A DNA stretch of 64,000 nt from an uncultured Candidatus Actinomarina sp. (GTDB taxonomy: Bacteria > Actinomycetota > Acidimicrobiia > Actinomarinales > Actinomarinaceae), in the NCBI GenBank assembly GCA_902565645.1, contig CACFFJ010000004.1:195-64194 (forward strand), written 5' to 3'. A program made the position numbers and the translations under genes. Numbering within the stretch: the stretch's first letter is position 1; every line of letters starts with the position of its first letter. The notes under the pieces are model-generated. The model was not told where the DNA came from. It saw only the letters and a list, made by a program, of their open reading frames with translations, and ran no database searches. Shown piece by piece: positions 47,710 through 58,092 of this stretch.

Positions 47710-49075
47710 TTATAGTAATTAAGCCTATAGATAAAGCTAAAGCCAAATTTAATTCTTCTGCTTGGAAAAAATAAATTAATAAAATTATAAAAAATTGAGC
47801 AAATAAATATATATCTAAATCATTAAACCTTTTAATTAATTTAACGGTTATGTCGAAAAGAATCTTCAAAAACCAAATAAGACCGACTAAACCTGATGAT
47901 AAATACAAATTAGCATACAAGTTATTAAATGATACAATTTGACCAGGATTTCTATAAATTATCTGACCTTCTTTTTCAAGTTTTGATATTTCATCAAACT
48001 CATAAGAATAATTAATATTTGAAGCACCTAAACCATCCCCTAATATTTTTATATTCTGGGAAGATAAGTACTCTCTTAAAAATCCTATATTTTCAAATGC
48101 GCCTAATCCGCCAGAAGTAATACGTGTTAACCTACCAAATATACTCTTAGTAACACTTTCCGAATTTTTTGCTTCATCTAATTTATCTTCATAAATAGAA
48201 CAATTACATTTATCAGGTGATTCTGGAGGGCACATGGAGGGGTCTAAAGCTGGAAATTTATAAGCAATATTGTTACTAAAAATACTTGCTAACAAAATAA
48301 ATACTATTGGAATCAACAAACTTAAATTTAATGATTTCTTTTTTACAATCCAAATTAATGAGATAATTGAAAATGTTGCTAGAAGACTTATAACTCCTGT
48401 CAAGCTTCTAGTTAAAACAATTGAAATTATCGGAATTAATGAAAGTAGATACCAAAATCTTCTTTTTTTAGCCAAATAAAAAAATAATGGAATTAAAGGT
48501 GCAGACCAAGCTGCAAGAAAGCTTGGCTCTCTAAAAGTACCATAATTTCTTAATACTGAACAAGCTCTTTTTATTGGTTGTGTCCACCCTCCAGAACCAG
48601 CTCTTGTCCTTGTAAAATCAGGTAATTCGAATATATAAGAAAAATACGAATAAAGAGAAAAAATAGAGATTGCAAGACCTGCATAAGCTATATATTTAAT
48701 AATTTTATCTTTATCGAAATACTTGCTAAATAAATGTATGAGCCAAATTGCAGTAATAAATGTTAGGAGTTTAACTAATCGTAATGAAATATATTCAAAG
48801 AAAGTAGTAGTTGCGTATTCAGGTAATGATCTATTAAATGAAAAAGCCCTTACTAAAGTAACAATCGTTAAATAAAACAGCCAAATCCTTAACGAAGGAA
48901 GTTCATCGAATTCAAAATCAGAACCAAAATAATAATTTACAATATATAGACCAATTATTAAAACTGCACCTATCCAGGGAACTGGTATTGAATAAATTGA
49001 AAAAGCATCTAATCCTTCTAGGAAAATTCCTAAAACAAATAAATAGAATATTGGATTCATATTCTTTAACTTCAA
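47693..49075 (-). CDS. O-antigen polymerase/ligase-like (Wzy-type) polytopic membrane protein
   Basis: 460 aa with about 10-12 TM segments and one large Cys-containing external loop. Context is a glycan locus. Confidence 0.5.
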   Translation of the reverse strand: MKLKNMNPIFYLFVLGIFLEGLDAFSIYSIPVPWIGAVLIIGLYIVNYYFGSDFEFDELPSLRIWLFYLTIVTLVRAFSFNRSLPEYATTTFFEYISLRLVKLLTFITAIWLIHLFSKYFDKDKIIKYIAYAGLAISIFSLYSYFSYIFELPDFTRTRAGSGGWTQPIKRACSVLRNYGTFREPSFLAAWSAPLIPLFFYLAKKRRFWYLLSLIPIISIVLTRSLTGVISLLATFSIISLIWIVKKKSLNLSLLIPIVFILLASIFSNNIAYKFPALDPSMCPPESPDKCNCSIYEDKLDEAKNSESVTKSIFGRLTRITSGGLGAFENIGFLREYLSSQNIKILGDGLGASNINYSYEFDEISKLEKEGQIIYRNPGQIVSFNNLYANLYLSSGLVGLIWFLKILFDITVKLIKRFNDLDIYLFAQFFIILLIYFFQAEELNLALALSIGLITINETHE

Positions 49076-50691
49076 CTTAATCTTTTGTACCCTTCTGAAA
49101 ATTTAACTTTAATACCTTCTTTTTCCTCACCCCAAGTAGTATATTCCTCCAAGTCAACATCTTCTGAGTAATCTTCAATCGTTACGATTCCATCATTTAT
49201 ATAAATTTTTCTATAAATCCTTTTTCCATTAAATTCTGCATACCCTAGGAAATTGTTTTTATCGAAAAGCAATACTTCCCCATCACTCATATAATTTAAA
49301 CGAAAACAATCAAACTCATCTTCTTTTGGAAATTTAATTTCAGCTTTTGGCCCCCAATGATATTCCAGAGATCTATATTTATTCCGAATTTCTATATTAT
49401 CTGTATAAGTTCCGGTTCCAGGATCTCTTGCTATCCACTTATCATTAGTAAAACACTCTATAGCTAACTGATCGTAATGAGAATGTCCTCCAACACCATT
49501 CTGACCTATTGGACCACACCTTACACTAAAGTACTGATCCTCATTTCTCCATACAAAAATACCAAAATCTTTAAAGCTATAAGCTTTATAATCTGATGAG
49601 AAAACTTTTATAGGCTTGTGTAAAACTTTTTTATATTTATTTAATGTTGGAGCTTCATTATTTATTTCATTATTAAATTTATCTTGAATTTTTCTATATT
49701 CACTTGACTCTGGATAAAGAGAATCTATTAAATCAAAAAGCCAATCCATTTTTAATGGCTTTTTTTCATTAAAAGCATGATAAAATATTCTTCCTGAGTC
49801 GTTATCTCCTATTTGTGATAATTCCCCTTTGTTAACTAATGATGATAGAAAAAATTTATTGGATTTAATAATCTCTTCTATTCGATCTAACAAAATAGAA
49901 TTTTTATCAATTTCTTCAACAGCAAGCTTACATAGTATTAATGCTTCCACAACAAATGCAGAATAGTGAGTAGAACCTTCAAAATTTGTTCCATCTTCGT
50001 AAAACTGTCTATCAAGCTCTTTACTTAATTCGTCATGAAAAAATATATATTCTTCTTTAACTCCATCAAAAGAAAAAGTTGCAATAGTAAGCAAAAGAGA
50101 TGTAAGTTCAATTAAATAATGATTCCCTATGACGTCACCACTATTTTCTAAATTATTATTTATAAATTCATAATGTTGGCTTATATATGTAGTAATTAAG
50201 TCTTTATTATTTCCTAATATTTTTGTGCCTGCATAATCATTTTCAATAGCTAATAAATGAAAAATTAAATTAATATTTCTTATTGCAACGTCCATTGGAC
50301 TATTCCAATAAATCAAGGGAAACTTGTTAACATCTATATTTCCAGAATTAGTCTTTTGTAAATACTGAAGTCTGGAAGCTTCATATGGAACTTTTACATC
50401 TGCAACATTGAAAAAAGCAGGTTTTAATTTTTTATTAGAAAAATCAAAGTCACTAAAAATATCTTTTGATAATTCATATTCTTTTAAGTCTTTACCGAAA
50501 ATCTTTAAGTCATCATATAAATCAACAGTTTTTTTAGATAAGTAATTTAAATGTTGATTAATAAAACTTTCATAGTTAGTTTCTTTTCTTTGAAATAATT
50601 TAAATTCAGAAGGAATATTGACATCTGAACCAAAAAGAAGAATTAAATTAAATTTAATTCTTCTAAGAGGGGAAATTAACTTATTAAGCAT
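49072..50691 (-). CDS. Heparinase II/III-like family protein
   Basis: GVGGHSHYDQLAIE resembles the conserved GHxH..D..S motif of the heparinase II/III C-terminal domain. No signal peptide seen. Confidence 0.55.
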   Translation of the reverse strand: MLNKLISPLRRIKFNLILLFGSDVNIPSEFKLFQRKETNYESFINQHLNYLSKKTVDLYDDLKIFGKDLKEYELSKDIFSDFDFSNKKLKPAFFNVADVKVPYEASRLQYLQKTNSGNIDVNKFPLIYWNSPMDVAIRNINLIFHLLAIENDYAGTKILGNNKDLITTYISQHYEFINNNLENSGDVIGNHYLIELTSLLLTIATFSFDGVKEEYIFFHDELSKELDRQFYEDGTNFEGSTHYSAFVVEALILCKLAVEEIDKNSILLDRIEEIIKSNKFFLSSLVNKGELSQIGDNDSGRIFYHAFNEKKPLKMDWLFDLIDSLYPESSEYRKIQDKFNNEINNEAPTLNKYKKVLHKPIKVFSSDYKAYSFKDFGIFVWRNEDQYFSVRCGPIGQNGVGGHSHYDQLAIECFTNDKWIARDPGTGTYTDNIEIRNKYRSLEYHWGPKAEIKFPKEDEFDCFRLNYMSDGEVLLFDKNNFLGYAEFNGKRIYRKIYINDGIVTIEDYSEDVDLEEYTTWGEEKEGIKVKFSEGYKRLS

Positions 50692-51895
50692 ACGATTTCT
50701 TAAAACTATATGTAGTCAAAATAGCAATCAAAACCTGAGAGAAAATAATTGAAAGAACAGCTGGGTTGTAACCTATTTCATGCATTAAGAAGTAAATCAA
50801 GTATGAAAATATTGCACCAATTGAAATAGTTTTAGTTATATTTAATTCAAAATTTAAAGCTCTTGAATAAATTATATTAATTCTAGACCAAATCATTAGC
50901 GGTAAGCAGAATAAAATGGATGAGGTTATATTTGCAAGTTCATTAAATTCATTGCCTAAAATGTTAGTAAAAATACCTTGTGCAACATCTTTAAATAAAT
51001 AAAACAAAATAGGAATTGAGAAAGAAAAAATAAATACTTTTCTAAGCCTTACTCTTAATTCTGAGACCTCATTTTTGTTTTTTGCTTTTGAAAGCTGGGG
51101 AAATATCATGTCTAAACTTGCTCCAACAAATTGAAAAAGAGCTTCCAGTAATCTTCTTGATAATGCTAAAACACCCAACACAGGTCCAGAATAAAACAAA
51201 CCTAGTAAAACAATGTCAAGTTCGGATATAAGAACAGCTGAAAATGTTGTTGTTACCATTTTCTTTCCTGATTTAGTCAACTCAGATCTAGTCTCTTTAT
51301 TATTTTCTGAATCATAATTTAATTCAGTTTTAGGTATATAAAAATGTGCAACTAGAAAAAAGATAAAGAATATTAAGGTTTGAAAAATAATTACCCATAG
51401 TATTGAAAAGCCATTAAATACAATAAACCATGCACCTATTCCATAAAATAATGTACGAATTAGTATTTGTTTTGAACTTATTACAAAGTTCCCTTTAGCT
51501 TGATAATAAGCTAAAGCAATATGAATCATTTCATTAAAGATATAGCCAACTAAAAATATTGATGTCCACAAATAGTTTCTTCCTAATAGATATGAAATTG
51601 GAAAAAGTAAAACTAATGAAAATATTAAATTACGAAGTACTAAGAAATATGAATTGGAAAATACTGATTTTGAATAATCTAAATTTTGAGCTCTAACTTT
51701 TGTAGTGACTAAAGCTAAAGACAACACAGATGCTGTACCAATTAGAACTGATAAACTTTTTGAGGATGCATACTCACCATATATTGCTGCTCCGTACTCT
51801 CTACTTATTATTGTTATGAGAAAAAAATTAACGACTAATAGGGTAATTTGCATTAAAGAAATATAAACAGTATTTTCTTTCCAATTTCTTATCAA
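50684..51895 (-). CDS. wzx: Wzx-type oligosaccharide flippase (MOP superfamily)
   Basis: 403 aa with about 12 TM segments, in a glycan locus. Confidence 0.6.
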   Translation of the reverse strand: MIRNWKENTVYISLMQITLLVVNFFLITIISREYGAAIYGEYASSKSLSVLIGTASVLSLALVTTKVRAQNLDYSKSVFSNSYFLVLRNLIFSLVLLFPISYLLGRNYLWTSIFLVGYIFNEMIHIALAYYQAKGNFVISSKQILIRTLFYGIGAWFIVFNGFSILWVIIFQTLIFFIFFLVAHFYIPKTELNYDSENNKETRSELTKSGKKMVTTTFSAVLISELDIVLLGLFYSGPVLGVLALSRRLLEALFQFVGASLDMIFPQLSKAKNKNEVSELRVRLRKVFIFSFSIPILFYLFKDVAQGIFTNILGNEFNELANITSSILFCLPLMIWSRINIIYSRALNFELNITKTISIGAIFSYLIYFLMHEIGYNPAVLSIIFSQVLIAILTTYSFKKSYA

Positions 51896-53733
51896 TTCGC
51901 AACCCTAGTTAAATGCCAATTTGAAAGATTTAGTAAATACCACTTTCTTTGGTAATCATTTCCCTGTAGTACTTTATCTAATTCTTTCTTATTAAATAAA
52001 TCTACTAGAGAATTAAATTCTTTTATTGATTCATAAAAATAATCTTGATCTTTTTTTATCCATTCACCAACTGGAGCCCTGAACCCTTGTTTTTTCCTAT
52101 TGACTATTTCATTTGGTAGATGATTATCAGCAATTTTTTTTAGTAAAGGCTTAGTTGTTGATTTATTAAAAAGTATATTTTCAGGAATAGTTAAAACATA
52201 TTCTACAAGTTTATGATCTAAAAATGGGACACGAGCCTCAACAGCTGACTGCATAACAAGTTTATCCATTCTCATTAAAAGTAATTCTGGTAAGCGAACA
52301 TTTAAATCAATTAATGTCATCCATTTTGTAAGAGTTGAATCTTTAGATGCAAAATAACTATCCCATTTATTATCTACAAGATTTATCAGTTCAGAATCTG
52401 ATGGAATGCCTCCATTTATTAGTTTATTAATTTCAACTAAATTAAACCCTATGGCACCTCCACTAAATGAAGTTCTATTAAACAAAATATTTGAAGCTAA
52501 ATTCATACGATGGTTAGAGAAATTTAAAAAGTCTGAGCGAGATCGAGTTAAAGGTTTTATGTATTTGTTTAATTTAATATATCTTAACCAGTGTTCATAT
52601 CCATAAAACAGCTCATCGGCCCCCTCCCCAACTTGTACTACTTTTATGCCATTAGACCTCGCATTTTTACCAAGGAAATATAAAGGTATGCCAACCTCAT
52701 CACCAATTAAATCATCCTGGTAAAACGAATAATTATTTAATATATCTTGAAAATCTGAATATTTAATTTTATCTTCTATAAGCTCAATATTTAAAAAGGA
52801 AGAAGCATACTTAGCCTCCTGAACTTCACCTTTATATCCCTCAAAATGATCTTCATAATCAATATTAAAACCTTTAAGGCCAGACTTTTTATTCTCTTTC
52901 ATCAGCTTTCCTATTAATGAAGAATCTACACCTCCTGATAAAAACAAACCTACTTCAACATCACTAACTTTCCTATACTCAATTGATTCTTTTAATAACC
53001 GTTCAACCTCATCTATAGCTTCATCTTCATGAATATCATTATTAATCTCAAAACTAAAAGGGTCCCAATATTTATTTCTAATAAGTCCTTCTTTTAATGA
53101 AAAGGTGGCATATTCACCTGGTTCAAGTTTTAATATATTCTTATTGCCTGTTCGATTGCCTGGAACACAAAGATGTCTCAAGTAAGAAATATACGATTCA
53201 ACATCTTCACTAAATGGAACAACACCTGATTTTTCAATTGCTTTAATTTCTGATCCGAAAATAAACCAATTTTCATTATTTGATAAATATAAAGGTTTAA
53301 TTCCTATTCTATCTCTAGCTAAAAAAAGGCTCTCTTCAGTTGAATCATATATAGCAAAAGCAAACTGGCCTCTAAGTTTCTCTAAAACATTCGGTCCATA
53401 TTCAATAAAGCCCTTTAATAGAACCTCTGTATCTCCTTCTGTGGTAAATCCAGCACCTAAGTCTTCTAGCTCTTTTCTAATTTCTTTATAGTTGTATATT
53501 TCACCATTGAAAACGAGAGTATATCTTTTGTCTTCATTTTGAAAAGGTTGATTTGATCTATCATTTAAATCAATTATTGAAAGCCTTGTGTGCACAAAAC
53601 AATTTGATTCATTTATGTATTTTATGGATGAGTTATCTGGTCCTCTATGTTCTAAGGAATCTTTAATATTTTCAATAATATTTGGGTCAATTTTGGAATT
53701 ATTAATGTTAATAATTCCACCTATTCCACACAT
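51892..53733 (-). CDS. Asparagine synthase (glutamine-hydrolysing)-like amidotransferase
   Basis: Ntn nucleophile MCGIGG and PP-loop LSGGVDSS. Confidence 0.88.
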   Translation of the reverse strand: MCGIGGIININNSKIDPNIIENIKDSLEHRGPDNSSIKYINESNCFVHTRLSIIDLNDRSNQPFQNEDKRYTLVFNGEIYNYKEIRKELEDLGAGFTTEGDTEVLLKGFIEYGPNVLEKLRGQFAFAIYDSTEESLFLARDRIGIKPLYLSNNENWFIFGSEIKAIEKSGVVPFSEDVESYISYLRHLCVPGNRTGNKNILKLEPGEYATFSLKEGLIRNKYWDPFSFEINNDIHEDEAIDEVERLLKESIEYRKVSDVEVGLFLSGGVDSSLIGKLMKENKKSGLKGFNIDYEDHFEGYKGEVQEAKYASSFLNIELIEDKIKYSDFQDILNNYSFYQDDLIGDEVGIPLYFLGKNARSNGIKVVQVGEGADELFYGYEHWLRYIKLNKYIKPLTRSRSDFLNFSNHRMNLASNILFNRTSFSGGAIGFNLVEINKLINGGIPSDSELINLVDNKWDSYFASKDSTLTKWMTLIDLNVRLPELLLMRMDKLVMQSAVEARVPFLDHKLVEYVLTIPENILFNKSTTKPLLKKIADNHLPNEIVNRKKQGFRAPVGEWIKKDQDYFYESIKEFNSLVDLFNKKELDKVLQGNDYQRKWYLLNLSNWHLTRVAN

Positions 53734-53801
53734 TTATCTAACTCTAATGTTATATTTTTTATTCAAGTACATTAATTTGAATAGTTTAGAGTAAATAATG
53801 T

Positions 53802-54419
53802 ATGAAAAATATATTTGACATTACAATTGCAGTTTTAGTTATACCTTTATTGCTTATTATTTTTCCTGTTATTTATATATGTATTTTATTTATAGATGGA
53901 AGGCCATCAGTATACAAACAAGAACGTGTTGGAAAAAATGGAAAAGTATTTATTTTATATAAATTTAGAACAATGGATCATGGATCAGATGAAAATCTAC
54001 ACCAAAAACATTATGAAAGCTTATCGAAAGAGCAAAGTGTTGAGCCATCATTAAAACCCGGTAATCCTATAAGAATTGAAAACGATGATAGGATTACAAA
54101 AATTGGTAAAGTATTAAGAAAAACATCACTAGATGAATTGCCAAATTTATTTAATGTTTTATTAGGACAAATGTCAATAGTTGGGCCAAGGCCGTTAGTT
54201 AAATATGAGGCAAGCTTACTTGGTGAATATCAAAAAGAAAGACACTCCGTTAAACCTGGAATAACTGGATTAGCACAAACTCAAGGAAGATTAGATTTAA
54301 GTCTTCAAGAAAGACTTTATTGGGATTTAGAATATGTAAATAAATATAATTTAATCTTAGATATGAAAATAATTTTACAAACAATAATGTCCGTTATTAG
54401 TAGAAAAGGTGCGAATTAG
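53802..54419 (+). CDS. Initiating phosphoglycosyl transferase (bacterial sugar transferase, small PglC/WbaP-C type)
   Basis: One N-terminal membrane helix, then YKFRTM and SLDELPNLFNVLLGQMSIVGPRP. Confidence 0.88.
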   Translation: MKNIFDITIAVLVIPLLLIIFPVIYICILFIDGRPSVYKQERVGKNGKVFILYKFRTMDHGSDENLHQKHYESLSKEQSVEPSLKPGNPIRIENDDRITKIGKVLRKTSLDELPNLFNVLLGQMSIVGPRPLVKYEASLLGEYQKERHSVKPGITGLAQTQGRLDLSLQERLYWDLEYVNKYNLILDMKIILQTIMSVISRKGAN

Positions 54420-55594
54420 ATCAAAGATAGATATTCATCTATCACTTTCTCTTTATTTATCTCATTCTTATTCAAATTTATTACATTATTAAGTGACTTT
54501 TCTATAAACTCAGGTGAATTTAATTTTTTAATAACATAATCTAAATTCTGCAAATTTTCTGGATCAATATTAATGCCTACTTCATTTTCTTCAATAAACC
54601 TTGCAACTGCAGAATTATCATTTGCAAAACATAAAATTATCTTATTCATCGAAAGATAATCAAAAGTCTTTCCGGGAAAGCCTTCAATAGTTAAATTTGG
54701 ATCTAAAGAGACTAATGCAAAAGGAATGTCAGCAGTTAATTCTATTAATTTACTTCTATCTATATATTCATTCACTAGAACTTTTTCATTTTCAAGAGAT
54801 TTAACATGCTCATATTCTTCACCAGAACCATATACATTTAAAGTCCACTCACTACTTAGTGACTTATTAAAATAATCTATGAAAAATGGAATATTTTGAG
54901 GTTTACCTATATTTCCGGCATAAAAAATAGATTTTAGACTTTTCCTAGGTAGCTCTTTTAAATATGGAAATGGTGAAAAATGATTTATAGTTGTTAAATT
55001 ATTTTCTACTAAACGTTCATTTTTCATATATTCTTCTAACTCTTTAGAATTAAGAACAACTAAATCAGCATTATTCAATGCATAAGTATCAATAGATTTA
55101 AACAAACTTAATAAAAGTTTATTTTTTACTCTATCAATTTGTTCAGCAATTTCTGGATAAAGCTCCCAATAGGAATAAATTAGTTTAATCTTTAAAAATT
55201 TTGAGATAAATATTCCAACTAAGTTCATAGTTGGTGGGTAACTAAAGAGAAAAATATGAGAATATTCGCTTCTATTTTTAAATAGATATTTTATTGAATG
55301 ATAATGAAATCTAAACCACTGCAAGATTCTTTTAGAGTCAGAGTAACTTCTCTTTTTAGAGTTAATATGAATAACTCTTACGTCTTTATAACTAGATTCA
55401 GATAAAATTCTTGAAATTCTTTTGAATTCTACTTTATTATTAATATTCGAATCAAAATTATATTGTGGAGTACTAGCTAAAATTTCAACATCAACTCCCC
55501 TGTCTTTAAAACCACTTGCTATTTCAGCAACAAGCATCCCAGTCGAGACTTTATCAGGAGGTATTGTAAGAGAATGAAATAATATTTTTGTCAT
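54416..55594 (-). CDS. Glycosyltransferase family 4 (WbuB-like)
   Basis: GT-B architecture. Positioned directly after the 2-epimerase/reductase module, as in L-FucNAc-type clusters. Confidence 0.6.
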   Translation of the reverse strand: MTKILFHSLTIPPDKVSTGMLVAEIASGFKDRGVDVEILASTPQYNFDSNINNKVEFKRISRILSESSYKDVRVIHINSKKRSYSDSKRILQWFRFHYHSIKYLFKNRSEYSHIFLFSYPPTMNLVGIFISKFLKIKLIYSYWELYPEIAEQIDRVKNKLLLSLFKSIDTYALNNADLVVLNSKELEEYMKNERLVENNLTTINHFSPFPYLKELPRKSLKSIFYAGNIGKPQNIPFFIDYFNKSLSSEWTLNVYGSGEEYEHVKSLENEKVLVNEYIDRSKLIELTADIPFALVSLDPNLTIEGFPGKTFDYLSMNKIILCFANDNSAVARFIEENEVGINIDPENLQNLDYVIKKLNSPEFIEKSLNNVINLNKNEINKEKVIDEYLSLI

Positions 55595-56748
55595 TCTTTA
55601 AATGCATTACTTACATCATATGAATAATCATTTCGATGATGTTTAAAAAAAGTATCTGACTTTGAAAGTTCAACCAAATCATTTACAATTTTTTCTGAAG
55701 ACTTACCATCACCAAATGGTTGCTCCCACTTATTTGAAATTAATTTATTTACTTTATTTATATAAATTTCAAAATCATTAATGTCTTCACTGGGATCAAA
55801 CTTTATTGAAGAACTAACATCATAAACTTCAGGTCTTTCAGTAGAGTGTCTCATTTGTATAGATGGTTTACCAATAATGCAAGCCTCTTCAACAACAGTG
55901 CCTGAATCACTAATGACATAATCAGAATTTTTCATCAAATACATAAATTCTAAATAACCAATTGGATCAGTAACTAAAATATTAGATTTCAAATCTAAAT
56001 TAAACTCTTTCAACTGCTCCTGAGTTTTATAACCCATAGGAAAAACAATTTTACTTTCTGACTGATTAAGAAGATTGACTATATTAGTGAGGCTCTTCTT
56101 ATCTAATATATTTTCCCTTCTATGACTAGTTGTTAATGTAAAGTTGTCACTATTAATAAAATCTAATATTTTATTATCTAGATACTCTCCACCTGTATCA
56201 AATAAGTTATGATTTTCATTTATTATGTCAACAATTGGATTGCCAGTAACTTTTATTACATTTTCAGAAATACCTTCATTTAAACCTTGGTTTTTGTAGG
56301 AATCTAAATATGCATAAATTCTATCTGAAAGATGGTCTATTGTTTTTCTGTATTTCTCTTCAGGCATCCTCCAGTCATATGATCTCATGCATCCCTCAAT
56401 GTGTACAACAGGAATATTATGTTGAATAACGCCTATACAACCCATGACTGTATTAGTGTCACCTAAAAATACGACTGCTTTATATTTGTTTTTTTCTAGA
56501 TGCTCATATGTATTTTTAATTATGGAAGAAACAATAGTCGAATCATTAGTTGTATCAATTTGAAACTCATAATCAGGTTTTGGTAGATTTAATTGGCTAA
56601 AGAAAACATCTTTCATGTTCTCTGAATAATGCTGTCCTGACCAAATAAAATCATAAGTTATATCAGAGCTTTCAGATAATAGATTTAAAATCTTACTGGC
56701 ACGAATTACATCTGGTCTAATTCCTAGTATGACTCCTAAGTCTTTCAT
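55591..56748 (-). CDS. UDP-N-acetylglucosamine 2-epimerase family (FnlC/Cap5G-like)
   Basis: ILGIRPDVIRASKI N-terminus and DSGTVVEEA motif. It is a second, divergent paralogue of wecB in this window. Confidence 0.8.
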   Translation of the reverse strand: MKDLGVILGIRPDVIRASKILNLLSESSDITYDFIWSGQHYSENMKDVFFSQLNLPKPDYEFQIDTTNDSTIVSSIIKNTYEHLEKNKYKAVVFLGDTNTVMGCIGVIQHNIPVVHIEGCMRSYDWRMPEEKYRKTIDHLSDRIYAYLDSYKNQGLNEGISENVIKVTGNPIVDIINENHNLFDTGGEYLDNKILDFINSDNFTLTTSHRRENILDKKSLTNIVNLLNQSESKIVFPMGYKTQEQLKEFNLDLKSNILVTDPIGYLEFMYLMKNSDYVISDSGTVVEEACIIGKPSIQMRHSTERPEVYDVSSSIKFDPSEDINDFEIYINKVNKLISNKWEQPFGDGKSSEKIVNDLVELSKSDTFFKHHRNDYSYDVSNAFKE

Positions 56749-57650
56749 GCTGACTCCAAAATTTTATTTGTACCTTCAAAAAGAGAAAGTTCTTCTATAT
56801 TCTGCTGGATTGATTGAACTGAACTATATCCTCCTAATTTCCATATTAATTCATTTATTTCGGGATTATTAGTTTCTAGTGTTCTATCAATTTCTACATC
56901 AGCTTCAACAGAATTAATTAATATTTCTTTATCAAAATATTTTGAAAATAATTTCAAAAGTTCATATTTATTTACAATATCTTGAGGAATTAAATGATGG
57001 AGTTGAATATCTTTATAATTTTCTTCAATCATTCCACAAACTATTTTTGCATAATTTAGAGTTGTAATTCCGTTCCAATGATGATTCTTAAAACCATTCA
57101 CAGCATCGTCTTTTGTATTTAGAAACCAATTTAATAGTGATTTACCCTCACCTTGTTCAGGTCCAATAATACTTGCTCGGGTGATAATTTTATTTGATGC
57201 TTTTACCTCACCAACAACTTTTGACATACCGTATACATCGTCTGCATCGGTAAAATTTGTTTCATCATATTTTCCAGTTTTACCAGAGAACACACAATCT
57301 GTTCCAATTTGAAAATAAGTAAAACCTTTTTTTAAGCTTACGTTTGTTATATCTAAAGGAAACAAAGAATTTGTTTTGATTGCATTAGTTATTGACTTAT
57401 TGTCATCACTAATTGTTGGTTTAATAGCTCCTATACAATTAACCACATAATCAGGATTTATTTTATTGCATAATTCTTCAAAATCATCATTAAAAATATC
57501 AAAGCTAATTACTTCACCATTTAGATTATTTATAAAATTATCTTCTTTTCTGCTACTAAAGAAAAGTTTATTTGAAGAAATATCTGAAAACACATATGAA
57601 ACCATCCTTCCGAGCATTCCACTTGCACCAAGGATTAATACATTACTCAA
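56745..57650 (-). CDS. SDR-family nucleotide-sugar reductase (RmlD/Cap5F N-domain-like)
   Basis: ILGASGMLG Rossmann motif and YGMSK catalytic motif. I prefer TTG 57650 (GGTGGAG 6 nt upstream) over tracked ATG 57713, which overlaps the upstream gene by 71 nt. Confidence 0.7.
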   Translation of the reverse strand: MSNVLILGASGMLGRMVSYVFSDISSNKLFFSSRKEDNFINNLNGEVISFDIFNDDFEELCNKINPDYVVNCIGAIKPTISDDNKSITNAIKTNSLFPLDITNVSLKKGFTYFQIGTDCVFSGKTGKYDETNFTDADDVYGMSKVVGEVKASNKIITRASIIGPEQGEGKSLLNWFLNTKDDAVNGFKNHHWNGITTLNYAKIVCGMIEENYKDIQLHHLIPQDIVNKYELLKLFSKYFDKEILINSVEADVEIDRTLETNNPEINELIWKLGGYSSVQSIQQNIEELSLFEGTNKILESA

Positions 57651-58092
57651 ATAAAACTCCACCTTTTTCAGTCCAAATATCCCAATATTTTGAATCGAAT
57701 CTAAAGTCATCATCCAATGACTCTTCTAAGTTTGAAGTAGAAAAATACATAACAGTGCTCTCATCTGAGAGACTCATTGCTCCATTTGCATACCCAGATG
57801 GAATAAATAGAATATCAGATTCTGCGTTCATCTCAAAAGACTCAGGTTTAAGGTTTTGGTCAGGGCTTTCCCAGTTATCAATCTCAACAACTCCTACCAA
57901 GAAGCTTCCTTTTATAACTTTAAGTAATTTCCCTTCTTTCTTGTGTCCATGCCATGCTCTTACAGTGCCTTTACTTGGATTATTTACAATATAAAACCTT
58001 TTATAGTCACTTAAATCAAGATCATTATAAAACTCCACAGATCCTCTGTGGTCATCAGCAAAACCTCTTTTAATCATTTCAACATCAGACAT
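57643..58092 (-). CDS. Cupin-fold sugar epimerase/isomerase (WxcM/FdtA- or Cap5F C-domain-like)
   Basis: 149 aa with DDHRGSVEF and RAWHGHKKE motifs typical of the small nucleotide-sugar cupins. Confidence 0.6.
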   Translation of the reverse strand: MSDVEMIKRGFADDHRGSVEFYNDLDLSDYKRFYIVNNPSKGTVRAWHGHKKEGKLLKVIKGSFLVGVVEIDNWESPDQNLKPESFEMNAESDILFIPSGYANGAMSLSDESTVMYFSTSNLEESLDDDFRFDSKYWDIWTEKGGVLFE

